Of a stretch of DNA of 64,000 bases, positions 61,068 through 64,000 are shown in pieces. Location of the stretch: NCBI GenBank assembly GCA_963731265.1, contig CAVSUE010000001.1:1632001-1696000 (forward strand), written 5' to 3'. The stretch is from an uncultured Verrucomicrobiae bacterium. GTDB taxonomy: Bacteria; Chlamydiota; Chlamydiia; Chlamydiales; Rhabdochlamydiaceae. The translations under genes were made by a program, and so were the position numbers. The notes beneath the pieces are model-generated. The model made no database searches and was not told the origin of the DNA. It was given only the letters and a program-made list of their open reading frames with translations. The first letter of the stretch is position 1. Each line of letters begins with the position of its first letter.

Positions 61068-61856
61068 TTAGTTATTTCGTTTCCAAAAGGCGCCTTGGAT
61101 GCTTTTCGACCACCATAGCAAAAGGCGCAAATGGTTTTGAGCAATCCAAAAAATGACTGCTTTGCTGAGGCCAAAATGACGGAAAATAATTATCAATGTC
61201 TCGTAGACTTGCCTTAAGATCCAATTGCGCTTCGGCAATCGGTATTCGTAATCAGTGAGAATCCGTTTCATGAAGGCTTTGCGCAGCGTTGGATCGCGAT
61301 AGAAACGGCAAATGAGGTCAAATCCCCCTTGAATGCGGTAGGCACTATTGAATTTGCCTGCCATCACGAGGCTTGTTTTCTTAAACCAATAAGCCTGCAG
61401 ACTGTAAGGAGTTTTTGCGCCTTTCAGGTCTTCTTCTTCAATTTGCCTGAAGATCTGCTGAGGCCGCATCAGGCTATGCCGAATGACGCAGCCCGTGTAA
61501 ATGAGATCGGGATCGGACTCGTTGAGGATAAATTCCTTCATAAACTGAAATGAATTTCTTGAAATATAGAATTCCCCGGGCTGCAAAAAATGCAAAAAAT
61601 TTCCTTTGGACAACTCCACCCCTTTATTCAGCATGGCACTCAACTTGCGGTCCAGGGCCGTATAAATGCGGGCAATGCAACTCCGATAGGCATCAAAGAT
61701 CGATAGAGAATGTTCTTTTGTCTGACCGTCGATGATAATCACCTCGAAAGCGTCGAAAGTTTGGCCGGCTATGCTATCCATGGTAAAAGGAAGCAAATGC
61801 ACATTTTGGTCCGTAATGGGAACGATTACCGAAAAATAGGTGGGGAGATTGTTCAT
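61068..61856 (-). CDS. Glycosyltransferase family 2 (divergent)
   Basis: FSVIVP, SIAGQTF..FEVIIIDG, AMLNKGVELSKG. Confidence 0.75.
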   Translation of the reverse strand: MNNLPTYFSVIVPITDQNVHLLPFTMDSIAGQTFDAFEVIIIDGQTKEHSLSIFDAYRSCIARIYTALDRKLSAMLNKGVELSKGNFLHFLQPGEFYISRNSFQFMKEFILNESDPDLIYTGCVIRHSLMRPQQIFRQIEEEDLKGAKTPYSLQAYWFKKTSLVMAGKFNSAYRIQGGFDLICRFYRDPTLRKAFMKRILTDYEYRLPKRNWILRQVYETLIIIFRHFGLSKAVIFWIAQNHLRLLLWWSKSIQGAFWKRNN

Positions 61857-61933
61857 ATCCAGATTGTAAAGTTTCGTGCAAATTTATGCTCTTAGGCATA
61901 GAATAGAGTAAATAAACTTTCGAGTCTTCCATC

Positions 61934-64000
61934 ATGTTGACCTTTCAGCAGATCGTCCATCGGCTTACCGAGTTTTGGGAAAAAAAACGGTGCATTATCC
62001 ATCAAGGGCACGATTTAGAAGTAGGAGCCGGCACTTTTAATCCTGCGACTTTTTTGCGTTGTCTGGGGCCTGAACCCTATCGGACAGCCTATGTCGAACC
62101 CTCGCGGCGGCCATCCGATGGCAGATATGGTGAAAATCCGAATAGGATGCAGCTATTCCATCAATTCCAGGTGATCCTCAAACCCTCTCCGGCTGATGTG
62201 CAACAGCTCTATCTCGAATCTCTCAGAGCGCTTGACTTCGACCTAAAAAAACACGACATCCGTTTTGTTCACGATGATTGGGAATCGCCCAGTGTGGGAG
62301 CTTGGGGCCTCGGATGGGAGGTCTGGTGCGATGGGATGGAGATCACGCAATGGACCTATTTCCAGGCCATGGGAAGCACCCCTCTCAAACCTGTCAGCGT
62401 GGAAATCACCTACGGGCTGGAACGTTTGGCGATGTACATCCAAAATAAGGACAGCATTTATGACCTGCAGTGGAACGAAGAATTGACATTCCAGGATATT
62501 GCTCAACGCGGCGAGGTAGAATGGAGCGCGTATAATTTCGAGGAAGCGAACGTCTCCATGTGGCTCAAGCATTTCGAAGACTACGAAAGAGAGGCCAAAA
62601 CTCTCATCGCCCGCCATCTGCCTCTTCCCGCCTATGATTTCGTCATCAAAGCCTCGCATGCTTTCAACATGCTGGACGCCCGCGGTGCGATTTCTGTCAC
62701 CGAACGCACCGGCTATATCGCACGCATCCGCGATCTGGCGCGTTTGATTGCTGTGGAATATATTTCTTCAAGAGAGAAATTAAACTTCCCTTTGCTGCAC
62801 AAGGAAAAACCAAAACTCCTCAAAAAACTTCCTGTAGTTAAAACGCCGAAGTTCGATCCGCAAAAAAAACAGGATTTCCTGCTTGAGATCGGATCGGAGC
62901 AGCTTCCCGCGACCTTCGTCCCCATCGGCTGCATTCAGCTCGAAAAAGCAATGAAGCGGCTGTTTGAGGAACATGGTATAACCTATGATGCTTTGCAAGT
63001 GTTCGGGACGCCTCAGCGGATTGCAATTCTGGTCAAAGGGCTGGTCGAAGGGACCCGAGCGGCAGAGACTGTCCGTAAGGGGCCTGCCATCGCTTCGGCA
63101 TTCGATGCCTCTGGAAGGCCTACTCCTCAAGGCCAAGGCTTTTTGAAGTCCTTGGGCGCTTCCACAGCTTCCCTGAATGCGATTCGAAAAGGGGAGATAA
63201 AACAATTAAAGATTGAGAGTGTGAAAGACGCCGACTACCTGTTTGCCGTCATTTGTGAGCCGGGGCAATCGACATACGCCTTGCTCGCAGAAAAACTTCC
63301 TTCTCTGATCTTGAACCTCGAATTTCCCAAAAAAATGCGTTGGGGAGATCTCGATGTGAGTTATCCTCGGCCTGTTCATTGGATCGTTGCTCTATTTGGC
63401 GATAAAGTCATTCTGTTTCAATTCGGAGATGTCTCTTCGGATCGGCATTCCTTTGGACATGCGCAGCTATCCCCGAAAAAATTCCCTTTAAAAGCTCCGA
63501 AAGATTACGCGAAAGAACTCAAAAAACATTACGTGCTGGCGGACATCGAAGAGCGGAAAGGAAATATCTTAAAGCAGCTCAAAGCGCTGGAAAAAAAGAT
63601 CAAAGGGCAAGCTCTCGAAATCAACAAAGTGATTCCTCAGGTTTTGCATCTTGTGGAATGGCCTCAGCTCACTTCTGGAACTTTTGCGCCCGCATTTTTA
63701 AAAGCGCCCAAAGAAGTCTTGATCTGCGAAATGGTCGAACATCAGAAGTATTTTCCTGTTGCCGATAGCAAAGGGCAGCTCAAAAACCTTTTCATTATCA
63801 CAGCAGATAACAAACCGAGTGATTTGATCCGCAAAGGCAACCAAAAAGTCCTTTCCGCCCGTCTATCTGATGGGGTTTTTCTCTATGAACAGGATCTGAA
63901 AGCCTCATTGGAATCATTGAACGAAAAGCTCCGTTTAATGACGCATCAAAAAGAACTGGGCACAATGTTTGACAAAGTGCAGCGCCTGGGCGCTCTGTCT
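61934..64000 (+). CDS. glyQS: Fused glycine--tRNA ligase alpha/beta (3' end outside window)
   Basis: [34 protein letters not shown], continuing in frame to [12 protein letters not shown] and FPKKMRWG; absent from the ORF track because it runs off the end. Confidence 0.95.
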   Translation, partial: MLTFQQIVHRLTEFWEKKRCIIHQGHDLEVGAGTFNPATFLRCLGPEPYRTAYVEPSRRPSDGRYGENPNRMQLFHQFQVILKPSPADVQQLYLESLRALDFDLKKHDIRFVHDDWESPSVGAWGLGWEVWCDGMEITQWTYFQAMGSTPLKPVSVEITYGLERLAMYIQNKDSIYDLQWNEELTFQDIAQRGEVEWSAYNFEEANVSMWLKHFEDYEREAKTLIARHLPLPAYDFVIKASHAFNMLDARGAISVTERTGYIARIRDLARLIAVEYISSREKLNFPLLHKEKPKLLKKLPVVKTPKFDPQKKQDFLLEIGSEQLPATFVPIGCIQLEKAMKRLFEEHGITYDALQVFGTPQRIAILVKGLVEGTRAAETVRKGPAIASAFDASGRPTPQGQGFLKSLGASTASLNAIRKGEIKQLKIESVKDADYLFAVICEPGQSTYALLAEKLPSLILNLEFPKKMRWGDLDVSYPRPVHWIVALFGDKVILFQFGDVSSDRHSFGHAQLSPKKFPLKAPKDYAKELKKHYVLADIEERKGNILKQLKALEKKIKGQALEINKVIPQVLHLVEWPQLTSGTFAPAFLKAPKEVLICEMVEHQKYFPVADSKGQLKNLFIITADNKPSDLIRKGNQKVLSARLSDGVFLYEQDLKASLESLNEKLRLMTHQKELGTMFDKVQRLGALS

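Noticed and set aside
61934..64000. GlyQ-GlyS fusion as a novelty
   Set aside because: Fusion is established for Chlamydiae

Overview
Chromosomal window from a member of the Chlamydiota, probably an environmental lineage. This is inferred from the cdsU-cdsV-copN-scc1-malQ type III secretion (T3SS) locus, the rplI-rpsR-rpsF-pth-rplY-prs-tRNA-Gln-glgA-pgsA-glyQS synteny, a fused GlyQS and two Cys-rich MOMP/Lpg1974-like porins. Housekeeping blocks alternate with single orphan or eukaryote-like genes: a PP2C phosphatase, a signal-peptide-bearing MESH1-like HD hydrolase, a carotenoid oxygenase, a tandem-domain orphan and a kinase-like protein. One intact IS4 (IS50-like) element has terminal inverted repeats (TIRs) and a 9-bp target duplication, and a 425-bp tandem duplication spans the convergent htpX/HD gene ends. 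The most striking non-coding signal is about 17 short (50-250 bp) palindromic, MITE/RPE-like elements of several families. They abut start and stop codons, sit back-to-back at TA dinucleotides, nest in one another, share cores under different termini and end in Shine-Dalgarno (SD)-like sequences upstream of genes. One is read in frame inside a protein N-terminus (25787-25901). All calls come from reading the sequence and recalled family motifs; no searches were run.
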